A stretch of DNA of 64,000 nt from an uncultured bacterium (GTDB taxonomy: Bacteria; Zixibacteria; MSB-5A5; CAIYYT01), in contig CAVSCK010000004.1 of assembly GCA_963726455.1 (NCBI GenBank), positions 544,001 through 608,000 of the forward strand, given 5' to 3'. Positions 19,318 through 28,562 of the stretch are shown piece after piece. The stretch's first letter is position 1. Each line of letters opens with the position of its first letter. The notes beneath the pieces are model-generated. The model did not search any database, was not told the origin of the DNA, and saw only the letters and a program-made list of their open reading frames with translations. A program made the position numbers and the translations under genes.

Positions 19318-21152
19318 TGAGGCGGCTTGTCGGAACGATACTGCTGATCGCGGCGCTTGCAAGTGCCACTGCTTTTGCGGGCAAAGGTGAAGGACTGCTA
19401 CCGCTGTTCTCTCGCGGCGCCGGCGGACGGGCACTCGGAATGGGAGGAGCAAACGTCGCGCTGGCGAATGATGCCTCCGGAATATTCTGGAATCCGGCCA
19501 CTCTGACAATGTTGCCCGACAGGACAGTGTCGTTGATGTACCTGCCGCTGCCCGAAGGCACCAGTTACAGTTTTGCGGCACTGGGAATACCGACCGTCGA
19601 CTATGGCAGTTTCGCTCTGGGAGCGTTTCTGCTCTCAACCGGAAGCATTCAGAGACGCGATGATCAGGGGAGACTGACCGGCGAATTCAGTTCGAGTCAA
19701 CAGATGTTCATGCTTGGTTATGGAAAGACTCTGGGACGCCATCTCGCGATCGGCGGCACGATCAAGTTGTTCGGTGAAAGTTTCGATAACGCGTCGTCGT
19801 TCGGCGCCGGTGGTGACCTTGGTATCAAGTTCATTGTGTCTGACCACCTGGCGCTCGGGTTCAACGCACAAAATCTCATCGCTCCGAGCATCAGGTTGGA
19901 GCGCGACAAAGAGACTCTGCCGCGCAACTTCAAGGGTGGACTTGGTGTGGCGATTCCGTTCTCCGACGGGCGGAATCAGTTGGCAATCGAAGTCGATGTC
20001 GACAAGGCCGACAAGGTTGATCCGGCGATTCATGCCGGCGCGGAGTTGGGATTTAGGCACACCTATTTCTTGCGCGGTGGGTACGATGTCGATCAAATAA
20101 ATTTCGGCGCCGGGGTGCATCTCGGTTTCGCGACGTTTGGTTACACGTTCCGCACGCAAAGTTTCTTCTCGCCGCAGCATCAGATCACGCTCGACCTGGC
20201 ATTCGGCGGTTCGATCGCAAAGACGCTCGCCAAGCGTCAGGAGGAAAAGCGCAAGGCGGAAGAGGAATTTGCTAAACGGCAACGCGAACAGGAACTGACG
20301 GTATCAGTAACGCAGGCGCGCAAATTCTATGACAGCGGCACGCTGGATTCGGCGCGGACGTACTATCAGAAAGTTGCAGCGCTTACCGACGGCGGCAATG
20401 CCGAGGCGACCGAACGACTGGCGGAAATCAGCCGCAAGGATTCGGAGCAATTGACGGCAACCGTGCGCGCGGGCGTGGTGGCAGAAGCGGATTCGCTCAA
20501 GGCGACAGAGTTGTTCGGGGATTTGTCGGATGCGATCAAAGTCAAGGATGTCGAGTCAGCTTCATTGTTATTGGATCGGTTGCGGCCGGCTTTCGGAAGT
20601 GACAAGCGCTTTATACAGGAAGAAGCCAGCTACCGCACACTGGTAAACGACCGCGTGGGCCAGCTTGATTTGGAGGCAGCGCGGCTGACCAGAGACAGTC
20701 GGTTGGCAGATGCGGCGTTGCGGTATGACCAGATCTTGCGTTACGATTCTACTAATACCGTGGCGCGACGCAGCTTGAAGGCAATAACTGACAGAGTCGG
20801 CGCGCTCGGACTGCTGCGCTCGGGAGTGAATGCTTATTACGCCGGTGATACCGCGACTGCCCGGCAGAATCTCGAGCAGTTGTTGGCCGCCAGCCCCAAT
20901 GACTCGGCGGCGATCGGGCTGCTGCAACTCCTGAAGGCGCCATCGCCAAGTTCATCGCTGGCTGAGATTCAGAAGAATGAGGCCGTTTGGAAGGTGTATT
21001 TGGATGGTATTGAGAAGTTCCGGCTGGGGGACTACCAGGGAGCAATCCAGTCGTGGCAGCAAGTTTTGACGGCGTATCCACGCAACAGCGAGACGGAAAA
21101 GAACATCGAGCAAGCTAAATTAAGACTTCAACAAGGCGGCAAGACTAATTGA
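19314..21152 (+). CDS. PorV/PorQ-like beta-barrel protein fused to C-terminal TPR repeats
   Basis: GAGGRALGMGGA..A.ANDASGIFWNPA signature, LRGGY strand, then coiled coil and TPR-like helices. Confidence 0.85.
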   Translation: MMRRLVGTILLIAALASATAFAGKGEGLLPLFSRGAGGRALGMGGANVALANDASGIFWNPATLTMLPDRTVSLMYLPLPEGTSYSFAALGIPTVDYGSFALGAFLLSTGSIQRRDDQGRLTGEFSSSQQMFMLGYGKTLGRHLAIGGTIKLFGESFDNASSFGAGGDLGIKFIVSDHLALGFNAQNLIAPSIRLERDKETLPRNFKGGLGVAIPFSDGRNQLAIEVDVDKADKVDPAIHAGAELGFRHTYFLRGGYDVDQINFGAGVHLGFATFGYTFRTQSFFSPQHQITLDLAFGGSIAKTLAKRQEEKRKAEEEFAKRQREQELTVSVTQARKFYDSGTLDSARTYYQKVAALTDGGNAEATERLAEISRKDSEQLTATVRAGVVAEADSLKATELFGDLSDAIKVKDVESASLLLDRLRPAFGSDKRFIQEEASYRTLVNDRVGQLDLEAARLTRDSRLADAALRYDQILRYDSTNTVARRSLKAITDRVGALGLLRSGVNAYYAGDTATARQNLEQLLAASPNDSAAIGLLQLLKAPSPSSSLAEIQKNEAVWKVYLDGIEKFRLGDYQGAIQSWQQVLTAYPRNSETEKNIEQAKLRLQQGGKTN

Positions 21153-21230
21153 GAGACAACATCTTGCGTATGCCTGGTGACGTCGCGTTGTGGACTGTGT
21201 CCCGCGTGAGTCTGAGGCCCGCAGCATAAA

Positions 21231-24065
21231 ATGAGATTATTCAATCGCCCAATCAGAGAGATATTTGCGGAGTTCCCGGCGGCCGAATCGAGGTTGCCGG
21301 AGATTCGGAATTTCATCGAGTCGGTGCTGTCGGACACGCCGTTCCGGCGCAAGGATGTCACTGCCGTCATGCTGGCGATTGAGGAGGCCTGTACCAACGT
21401 AATCCGGCATGCCTATCTCTATGGGGAAGGTACTCTCAAGCTCAGGATTTCGCTGTATAACGACCGCCTGGCCTTGTCGATCTTCGATACGGGCCGAAGC
21501 TTTGACTTCGAGAAATCGTCGGATCCAGACTTAAACCATTACATCAAGACGGGCCGCAAAGGTGGTCTGGGCGTGTACCTTATACGCAAGATCACTGACG
21601 AAGTAAACTACCACTCCTCCGGTGGCGTGAACGAGCTGCGGATGGTCAAACGCTATCCGAAGACGCGTCTTCCGGAAGCAGTCACACCGGAGGGGATGTC
21701 GATACGGTTCAAGTTCTCGCTGTGGACGTCGCTGGTGATGACGCTGGTTATCGTGGCGGTATATTTCTTCTGGGAGAGCAAGGCGGTTAACTCGCGGGAA
21801 AAACAATTCTATCAAAACATCACGGAATACAGCAATACGATCGCGACGCAGGCGTCGGGTTACTTCATTAATAGCAGTTCCGACGTCGAGTTTGACGAGT
21901 TCGTGAGGAACTTCGCCAAGCAGAACCCCGACCTCCGATACATCTACCTTGTCGATGACAGCAACGATGTCGTGGCATCAACCGGCTCGCCGCTCGAGTT
22001 GCACAATCCCTACCGCGCGCCGGGACCCGTCGACGACAAGTTGATCGACCAGCCGCAACGGATCGTTGGTGAAAGCAGAAAACAAGACATTTACTACATA
22101 GTTCAGAACATCAAGTATCAGAATCGGCCGTTCGGCTCGCTGCATGCCGGATTCAGCGGTGAACGATTGCAGAGCGACATCACCTCCACGCGCCGCAGCA
22201 TTTTCCTGGTGACCGGGCTGGCGTTCCTGTTCGCGATCGCGGCTGTGTACCTGCTGTCGAACTACTTCGTCAAGCCGATTCAGAAACTCGTCGACGCGGT
22301 TAAGCGCTTTGGTCGTGGCGACCTGGAGGGCAAGATCACGCTCACGGGCGCCGGCGAGTTCGACGCCATTGCGCAAGCATTCAATGAAATGACGGTGAAG
22401 TTCAAAGAGGCGCAGGCGAATATCGTCGAGCAGGAGCGCATGCGCAAAGAAATGCAAGTCGCCCAGGACATTCAGCACACGCTGTTGCCGAAGCATTTCC
22501 CGGATATCGAAGGATTTGATATTGCCACGATTTATCGCGCGGCCAAGGATGTCGGCGGTGACTATTACGACTTTGTCTGGATCGACGAAAACACTCTGGG
22601 AATCGTGGTGGCGGACGTTTCGGGTAAGGGCGTGCCCGGATCGCTGGTAATGACCATGATCAGAACCGCCATCCGGTTGGAGTCGCGCGGCAACCGTTCG
22701 CCAGTAGATATTCTTACCAAGGTGAATGAGTTCGTGACCGAGGACGTTCGCAAGGGAATGTTCATCACGATCTTCCTGGTGGTGCTGGACACCCGCAATC
22801 GCAAAATTTCGTTCTCATCGGCGGGTCACAATCCAATGGTGCTTTATCGCAAGGACGAGGACAAGACGTTCTTCCTCAATCCGAAAGGCATACCGCTGGG
22901 AATCACCTTGCCGGAGGGAGTCAGTTTCGAGGAGAATCTGAGCAGCGAGAACGTGCGGCTGAAGAAGGGCGACATGCTGGTGATTTACACCGACGGTATC
23001 ACCGAGGCGATGAATCAGCAAAAGCAGCAGTTTGGCATCAACCGCTATCTCGAATTTATCCGCGATAACAGCGACCTTTCGCCGGAGGAATTTGTCGAGA
23101 AATTCAACGACGAGTTGCAGGGGTTCACGGCGGGGGCGGAACAGAACGATGATATCACGATGGTGGTGATCAAGGAGAAGATCGAAGCCGATCAGTACAT
23201 CTTCGCGCGCCGCAAGAAGCTGCTCGATCTCGTGGATATCGAGCAAAGGTCGGTAGCGGAGGCCTGCCGGTTGATGAATCTGTCGACGTCAACGTACTAT
23301 AGATATAAGAAGCGCTACGAACTGTACGGTGATGAAGGCCTGCTGAACAAGACATTGCGGATTGACGATTCGCCGGCGCAGTTGACTTACAAGCAGCGCA
23401 ACGATATGCTCGAGGTCATCAAGCGGAATCCCGATTACGGCGCCACACGCATCCGCAAGGAGCTGGAAACGCTGGGTCATCAGGGGCCGGAGCTCGATGA
23501 CAAGATAATCTACGGCGAATTAGTGCGTTTGCGCCTGAACACGCGGCGTCAGAGATATGAATTTGCGATGCGTGCGGGAGCGGCGCTTACGCCACAGCAA
23601 CAGGAAGATTTTGTCAACTTATCGAAGTCGGAGCCGATCGCGCCTGTTGCAAATACGGATCGAACTGCGTATCTTGGAAAGATCAAGGATTCGCTCCAGC
23701 GCCAGGAGGATGCCCGGGTCGCGGCATGGCGCGCCAAGTTGCTGGAAATGGGCATGACCGACGAGCGTAGCGACGTCCTGACCGCCATGTTCGAAGAGAT
23801 GGAAGGCCAGGTGTCTGCCGAGCAGCTCAAACTTCTTTTTGAACGAGTTGCCGGCAGAGTGCGTAAAATGGATCATGAGGAAGAAAAGGGGAACGTATTG
23901 TCAACTGCCCGCCTGGAAGAGGTGGACAGTACCAAGTGGCAGGAACGCGCCGACGAAGGAATCAGTCTAGAGGTAATCGAATTTCCCGAGACGAAGTCAG
24001 AGATTAAGTTCGAGGACTACGAGCAGAAGCTGGAGCGGCGTCACCGCAAGAGCCAGGACGAATGA
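21231..24065 (+). CDS. membrane partner-switching protein: RsbW-like kinase + TM/sensor/TM + HAMP + SpoIIE PP2C phosphatase + IS481-like HTH
   Basis: LAIEEACTNVIRHAY, DTGRSFD, GGLGVYLI (HATPase_c_2); two TMs; VKPIQKL..GEF (HAMP); GGDYYD, ADVSGKG, YTDGITE, NDDIT (PP2C); SVAEACRLMNLSTSTYYRYKKRY...G..GL...NPDYGATRI (HTH). Confidence 0.9.
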   Translation: MRLFNRPIREIFAEFPAAESRLPEIRNFIESVLSDTPFRRKDVTAVMLAIEEACTNVIRHAYLYGEGTLKLRISLYNDRLALSIFDTGRSFDFEKSSDPDLNHYIKTGRKGGLGVYLIRKITDEVNYHSSGGVNELRMVKRYPKTRLPEAVTPEGMSIRFKFSLWTSLVMTLVIVAVYFFWESKAVNSREKQFYQNITEYSNTIATQASGYFINSSSDVEFDEFVRNFAKQNPDLRYIYLVDDSNDVVASTGSPLELHNPYRAPGPVDDKLIDQPQRIVGESRKQDIYYIVQNIKYQNRPFGSLHAGFSGERLQSDITSTRRSIFLVTGLAFLFAIAAVYLLSNYFVKPIQKLVDAVKRFGRGDLEGKITLTGAGEFDAIAQAFNEMTVKFKEAQANIVEQERMRKEMQVAQDIQHTLLPKHFPDIEGFDIATIYRAAKDVGGDYYDFVWIDENTLGIVVADVSGKGVPGSLVMTMIRTAIRLESRGNRSPVDILTKVNEFVTEDVRKGMFITIFLVVLDTRNRKISFSSAGHNPMVLYRKDEDKTFFLNPKGIPLGITLPEGVSFEENLSSENVRLKKGDMLVIYTDGITEAMNQQKQQFGINRYLEFIRDNSDLSPEEFVEKFNDELQGFTAGAEQNDDITMVVIKEKIEADQYIFARRKKLLDLVDIEQRSVAEACRLMNLSTSTYYRYKKRYELYGDEGLLNKTLRIDDSPAQLTYKQRNDMLEVIKRNPDYGATRIRKELETLGHQGPELDDKIIYGELVRLRLNTRRQRYEFAMRAGAALTPQQQEDFVNLSKSEPIAPVANTDRTAYLGKIKDSLQRQEDARVAAWRAKLLEMGMTDERSDVLTAMFEEMEGQVSAEQLKLLFERVAGRVRKMDHEEEKGNVLSTARLEEVDSTKWQERADEGISLEVIEFPETKSEIKFEDYEQKLERRHRKSQDE

Positions 24066-24850
24066 AGAAAATAGCCATCATGACCTGCAAAGGTGGAACC
24101 GGCAAAACCACCACTGCCATTAATCTGGGACATTGTCTCGCGATGTCGGGTAAGCGGGTGTTGCTGATGGACTGCGACTCGCAGGGCAACGTCGGCATGG
24201 CGTTCGCCAAGCAGCCGGAGAAGGGTTTGTCGGAATTGTTGACGACAGGTGATGTGGATATTGTCAATCTGCGGCCGAATCTGTATCTCATTGACTCCGG
24301 CGGTATTCGCATTGTCGAAACCGAGCTGTTTCTTGCCAGACAGCCGGAGCGTGAACTGCGTTTGAAGCAGGTTTTGACGAAGTTGCATGGCTGCGATTAC
24401 GTGATTTGCGACTGCCCGCCGGCAATAAATTTGATAAATGTCAATGTTCTGAACTATGTCGACAGCGTGGTGATTCCGGTTTCGATGGATTTTTTTGCTT
24501 GTGAAGGAGCGAAAAAGACCTTAAAGTTACTGGACGGGGTGTACGAACGGATCGGCCACAAGGTCGAGCTGATGGGAATACTGGCCACTTTCTACGATGT
24601 GAGAACGCGCGTGTCCAAGACGATTTATAATCAGTTGCTAACTGAATTTGGCGAAAAGTTGTTCACGACGCGTATCAGAATCAATACGCAGCTCAAGGAA
24701 GCACAGATGTTGTACAAGACGATCTTTGAGCATGCTCCATACTCGAACGGTGCCCTCGACTATTTCCTGTTTGCCAAGGAGATCGCCGGTTCAAAAGTCG
24801 CGGTAGAATCGGAAATCGAAGCTCCGCAAGGAGAAGCATGGACGACATAA
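24062..24850 (+). CDS. ParA/Soj family ATPase (orphan)
   Basis: KGGTGKTT deviant Walker A, DCDSQGN, DCPP; overlaps both neighbouring genes. Confidence 0.95.
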   Translation: MKKIAIMTCKGGTGKTTTAINLGHCLAMSGKRVLLMDCDSQGNVGMAFAKQPEKGLSELLTTGDVDIVNLRPNLYLIDSGGIRIVETELFLARQPERELRLKQVLTKLHGCDYVICDCPPAINLINVNVLNYVDSVVIPVSMDFFACEGAKKTLKLLDGVYERIGHKVELMGILATFYDVRTRVSKTIYNQLLTEFGEKLFTTRIRINTQLKEAQMLYKTIFEHAPYSNGALDYFLFAKEIAGSKVAVESEIEAPQGEAWTT

Positions 24851-25548
24851 GAATCTCGCTCGATACTACCGGCCGCACTTCCGATGTGACGATGGTGCGG
24901 GTTGACGGCGTCATTGATACCATGACCGCCAGTGAACTTGAGCGGGTGATGAACACACTCCTGGAGCAACGAAAGTATAAGATCATAGTGGATCTCGCCG
25001 GCGTGGACTATATTTCGTCTGCGGGTTGGGGCATTTTTATCAGCAATATCCGTGAAATCAAATCGCATGAGGGGGATATCAAACTCGCGCGAATGACGCC
25101 CAGTGTCTACGAGATATTTGAATTGCTGGAATTTGACTCGATCCTGAAGGCCTATGATAATATCGAAAAGGCCAGAACAGATTTCCGGCCCCCGGGATCA
25201 GCGCCGGAGCCAATAGCACCCAAGGCAGCGGTCGCAGTGGCTGAGGAACCGGTAGAAGTCGAGTCCCAGCAGGAAGTGACTACTGAGGAATATCATATCC
25301 AGCCGAGCACAGCGCCAACTGCCGAACCGCGTGCTTCGCTGGAAAGCGCCAAACCAACCAACTTCGAGGATGAATTGCTGGCATTAGTGCGGACTGATCC
25401 ATTCTATTCGATAGGGGAGATGGCAAAGCTGATGTGCAATTCCGCCAACGGTGCACAGCACGTCGGTTGGTGGAAGGTTTGGGGCACGCTCCGCCGGCAC
25501 TCCCTGTTATCGAAGAAGAGCCGCTTTCGCTACAGTCGTCGCGGGTGA
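24838..25548 (+). CDS. STAS anti-sigma antagonist with acidic linker and C-terminal HTH-like domain
   Basis: IVDLAGVDYISSAGWG (phosphoacceptor Ser motif); C-terminal 'RTDPFYSIGEMAKLM...VWGTLRRHSL..KKSRF'. Confidence 0.9.
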   Translation: MDDIRISLDTTGRTSDVTMVRVDGVIDTMTASELERVMNTLLEQRKYKIIVDLAGVDYISSAGWGIFISNIREIKSHEGDIKLARMTPSVYEIFELLEFDSILKAYDNIEKARTDFRPPGSAPEPIAPKAAVAVAEEPVEVESQQEVTTEEYHIQPSTAPTAEPRASLESAKPTNFEDELLALVRTDPFYSIGEMAKLMCNSANGAQHVGWWKVWGTLRRHSLLSKKSRFRYSRRG

Positions 25549-25793
25549 GCAGGCCTCACTCTTTCACAATTCACAAAATATCATCGGGACATCGCAGGGA
25601 ACAAACAGGAATGTTTATCCTACCGACGCGTTGCAGTAGGTCAGTGAGCACTTTGTCTTGATGGCAAGGCGCGGGGTTTCGTGGACGTTCGTCCTCTGAG
25701 CAGGCGTGACACAGGAATCGAAAACGGGCTCCTGACCTACTTTCTAGTGTTCCGCGAGTCTGGGCATGGCGACCGGCATGGTCGCCTTTCTGC

Positions 25794-25822
25794 TTGCGGA
25801 AAGCGTTGTGGCGGTCTATAAT
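25794..25822 (+). promoter_or_regulatory. sigma70-type promoter for the diguanylate cyclase/EPS operon
   Basis: TTGCGG-N17-TATAAT. Confidence 0.6.
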
Positions 25823-25837
25823 TATGTGAAAGACTGT

Positions 25838-27613
25838 ATGTCATTGCCGCTCATCGTCTATGTAGCACTGCTGGCGCTGCTCCTGTTGGCCTGCGCGATC
25901 TTCCCCGGATTCGCCAGAATGGGAATCATTGTCTCATTCGTGGTCGCGGCTGTCGGCGGCGCGATCGTTCTTTACCTGCAAAACCGAAAATCAGAGGGAA
26001 GACTGCGGCAAGTCGTGAAGTTGTATCTGCAACGGCTCGAACAGGCGCATGGCGATTTTGTCTCCCGGCGTCAGTTGGAGCGGCAGATTGCCGATCTGGC
26101 GTCCTTCGTTCATTCGGATATGCAGGTGTCTACCGTGGCGTTGTGCAGCCGGAAGAAACTGGGATTTGCAGTGGTGGAGTCGCACGGAATCCAGCCGGAG
26201 AATTTGCGGCAACTGCGAATCGGGCATCGAGACGAATTAGTTAAGGCGTTGGAAGCGCGTCGGGCGGTCGTATCCATTCGGAAGGTTTATGCCTCCGGAA
26301 ATGCGGGAAAGCAATTCGACGGCCTGCCGTTTGTGGAAGCACTGCCGGTCATCACCGGCGGCAAATGCTCGCACTTCATTCTGCTGTCACACTCGCCGGT
26401 GTTCCCGATGCGGCTGATTCGTCCATTTCTGCTGTCGCTGTCCGATCAGATCGCCAATTCACGGGTGGTTGAGGAGTTGTTAAACAAACACAATCAACAG
26501 GTTGGCAAGCTGCGTAAAGAGATGGATTCGTTGATTCGGGAACGGGAGCAAAGGTCGGCGCCACCGATTATGGATGTCAAGAGCATGATCAACGCCCAGG
26601 ATCGACTGTTGCGAATCAGGAGCCGCGAGCAACTGTTCGGCTCGCTTCTGCATCTGGTCGAAGAGCAGTTCAAAGTGGATTTTGCATTTATTTTGATGCG
26701 TCAAGCGAACCAGCCCGGATATGAAATGAAATACAGTCTAAACGTTGGCACCGATCCCGCCGCTAATTTGGCGGTTGCTGATGTTGAGGCATTTATCACT
26801 GAGGCCAGGAGCCGTCCCGGCTGCAAGAAGCTGTCGCAACTTGCCGAGGTTACAAAGGACAATCCTGTTATTGAGGCGCTGCAGAACGCAGGTGTGGTGG
26901 CGCTGGGGATTCTCACGGACGCCGAAGGACGGGAAAGTATGATGGCGGTCGGGCGCGCCAAGAGCCCGTTTAGTGATGAGGAACTGGAAGCGGCCTACGC
27001 CTTCTGCCGGATGTTCAACCTGGTGCTGGAAAATCAGGCGCATTTCGAGCAAATCGAGCAAATGTCGTATACCGACAGCATGACCGGGTTGTACAATTAC
27101 CGGTATTTTTACAAGCGTTTGCAGGAGGAGATTCTGCGCGCCAAACGATTCAGCCGGCATCTGGCGCTGGTGATCTTTGATATTGACGAGTTTAAGGTTT
27201 TTAACGATACTTACGGTCACCAAGCGGGAGACTATCTGCTTGAACAACTGGGCGGTCTATTGGCAAAATCAGTTCGTTCTATCGATGTTGTCTCCCGGTA
27301 CGGCGGAGAGGAATTTTGCGTGATTATGCCCGAAACGTCAGCGGATGACTGCACCTACTTTATGGAACGAATGCGGGCAACGGTGCTGAACCATGAGTTC
27401 AAGGACCGGTTTACGAATGACCAGCACCGGGTAACGGTATCTCTGGGGGGAGCGATTTATCCTAATGACGCACAAAGGATTGACCGATTAATATACTGTG
27501 CGGACATGGCGCTTCTGCAGGCCAAGGCAGGCGGCAGAAACCGGTCCGTGATGTTTGACGAGAAACTTCTTAATTCGAGAAGCGATCTGTATGACAAAAA
27601 AAGTATTGATTAA
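25838..27613 (+). CDS. membrane-anchored GAF-like sensor diguanylate cyclase
   Basis: Two N-terminal TMs, TDSMTGLYN, DIDEFK..ND.YGH..GD, RSID I-site, RYGGEEF. Confidence 0.92.
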   Translation: MSLPLIVYVALLALLLLACAIFPGFARMGIIVSFVVAAVGGAIVLYLQNRKSEGRLRQVVKLYLQRLEQAHGDFVSRRQLERQIADLASFVHSDMQVSTVALCSRKKLGFAVVESHGIQPENLRQLRIGHRDELVKALEARRAVVSIRKVYASGNAGKQFDGLPFVEALPVITGGKCSHFILLSHSPVFPMRLIRPFLLSLSDQIANSRVVEELLNKHNQQVGKLRKEMDSLIREREQRSAPPIMDVKSMINAQDRLLRIRSREQLFGSLLHLVEEQFKVDFAFILMRQANQPGYEMKYSLNVGTDPAANLAVADVEAFITEARSRPGCKKLSQLAEVTKDNPVIEALQNAGVVALGILTDAEGRESMMAVGRAKSPFSDEELEAAYAFCRMFNLVLENQAHFEQIEQMSYTDSMTGLYNYRYFYKRLQEEILRAKRFSRHLALVIFDIDEFKVFNDTYGHQAGDYLLEQLGGLLAKSVRSIDVVSRYGGEEFCVIMPETSADDCTYFMERMRATVLNHEFKDRFTNDQHRVTVSLGGAIYPNDAQRIDRLIYCADMALLQAKAGGRNRSVMFDEKLLNSRSDLYDKKSID

Positions 27614-28562
27614 TCTTGGCGTGGCGCTTGCCCTCCTGTTGTCGCTGGCGCCGGCGGCGTATGCTGAATACACGATTGGCATCGATGATGTGCTGCAGAT
27701 CGTCTTCTGGCAGGCCGCGGATTTAAATCAGACCGTTACCGTTAACTCGGACGGCAAAATTACGCTGTCGGTTATCGGGGATATTACGGCGGCAGGTTTG
27801 ACACCCACGGCGCTGGGCCGCAAAATTGTCGAACAGGTTTCTCGGTTTAACCGCGATATCAGCCAGGCGACCGTGACGGTTGCGGCTTACAACTCGCAGG
27901 CGGTATACGTCGAAGGTGAAGTGATGGCGCCGGGTAAATACTCGCACGAAGTTATTCCCGATCTCTGGTCAATTATCAAGGAGATGGGTGGAGTGACCGC
28001 GTTCGGGGATTTGCGCAACGTCAAGATCGTTCGCGGCACCGGTCCGGATGTCGGCAAGATTATTGCGGTCGATGTCCAGACGGCGGTCTCCAATCGTAAT
28101 GTCGAGTCGCTTCCGAAAATCATGCCGCATGACGTTATCCAGGTGCCACGCACGATTTCCGGCGTAACGACAACGGGCATGCCGACGCAGGCCGAAACCA
28201 CCACGGGGCGCAACATATACTACGTGGTTGGCGCGGTAGCCAAACCGGGAGTGTACTCGTTGGAATCGGGATTGAGCGTCATCGAGGCGATCGCCATTGC
28301 GGGCGGCACATTGCCGACCGCGAATTTGAAGTCGGTCAAAATAAATTCGAAGATGGGCGAATTTTCCAATGTCTATACGATCAACATGGATAAGCAAATC
28401 AAGACCGGCAGCCCGCAGCGCTATTCACTGCGTCCGGAAGACGCGGTAGTCGTTCCTGAGAAAGGCGGTAATTTCTTTGGCAGTTTTGCGGCTTTCCGGG
28501 ATATTCTGGCGGTTTTCGCGACGGTTGTCTCGACGTACATCTTGATAAGGTACCATCCATGA
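27591..28562 (+). CDS. polysaccharide export protein (Wza/OPX, SLBB domains)
   Basis: YTIGIDDVLQI, VNSDGKITL..IG.I.AAGLT, VEGEV..PG.Y, EAIAIAGG. Confidence 0.9.
   Translation: MTKKVLINLGVALALLLSLAPAAYAEYTIGIDDVLQIVFWQAADLNQTVTVNSDGKITLSVIGDITAAGLTPTALGRKIVEQVSRFNRDISQATVTVAAYNSQAVYVEGEVMAPGKYSHEVIPDLWSIIKEMGGVTAFGDLRNVKIVRGTGPDVGKIIAVDVQTAVSNRNVESLPKIMPHDVIQVPRTISGVTTTGMPTQAETTTGRNIYYVVGAVAKPGVYSLESGLSVIEAIAIAGGTLPTANLKSVKINSKMGEFSNVYTINMDKQIKTGSPQRYSLRPEDAVVVPEKGGNFFGSFAAFRDILAVFATVVSTYILIRYHP

Noticed and set aside
23208-23565. Active IS481 insertion in the phosphatase gene
   Set aside because: Only the HTH portion is present, in frame, with no DDE/rve domain, terminal repeats or target duplication.
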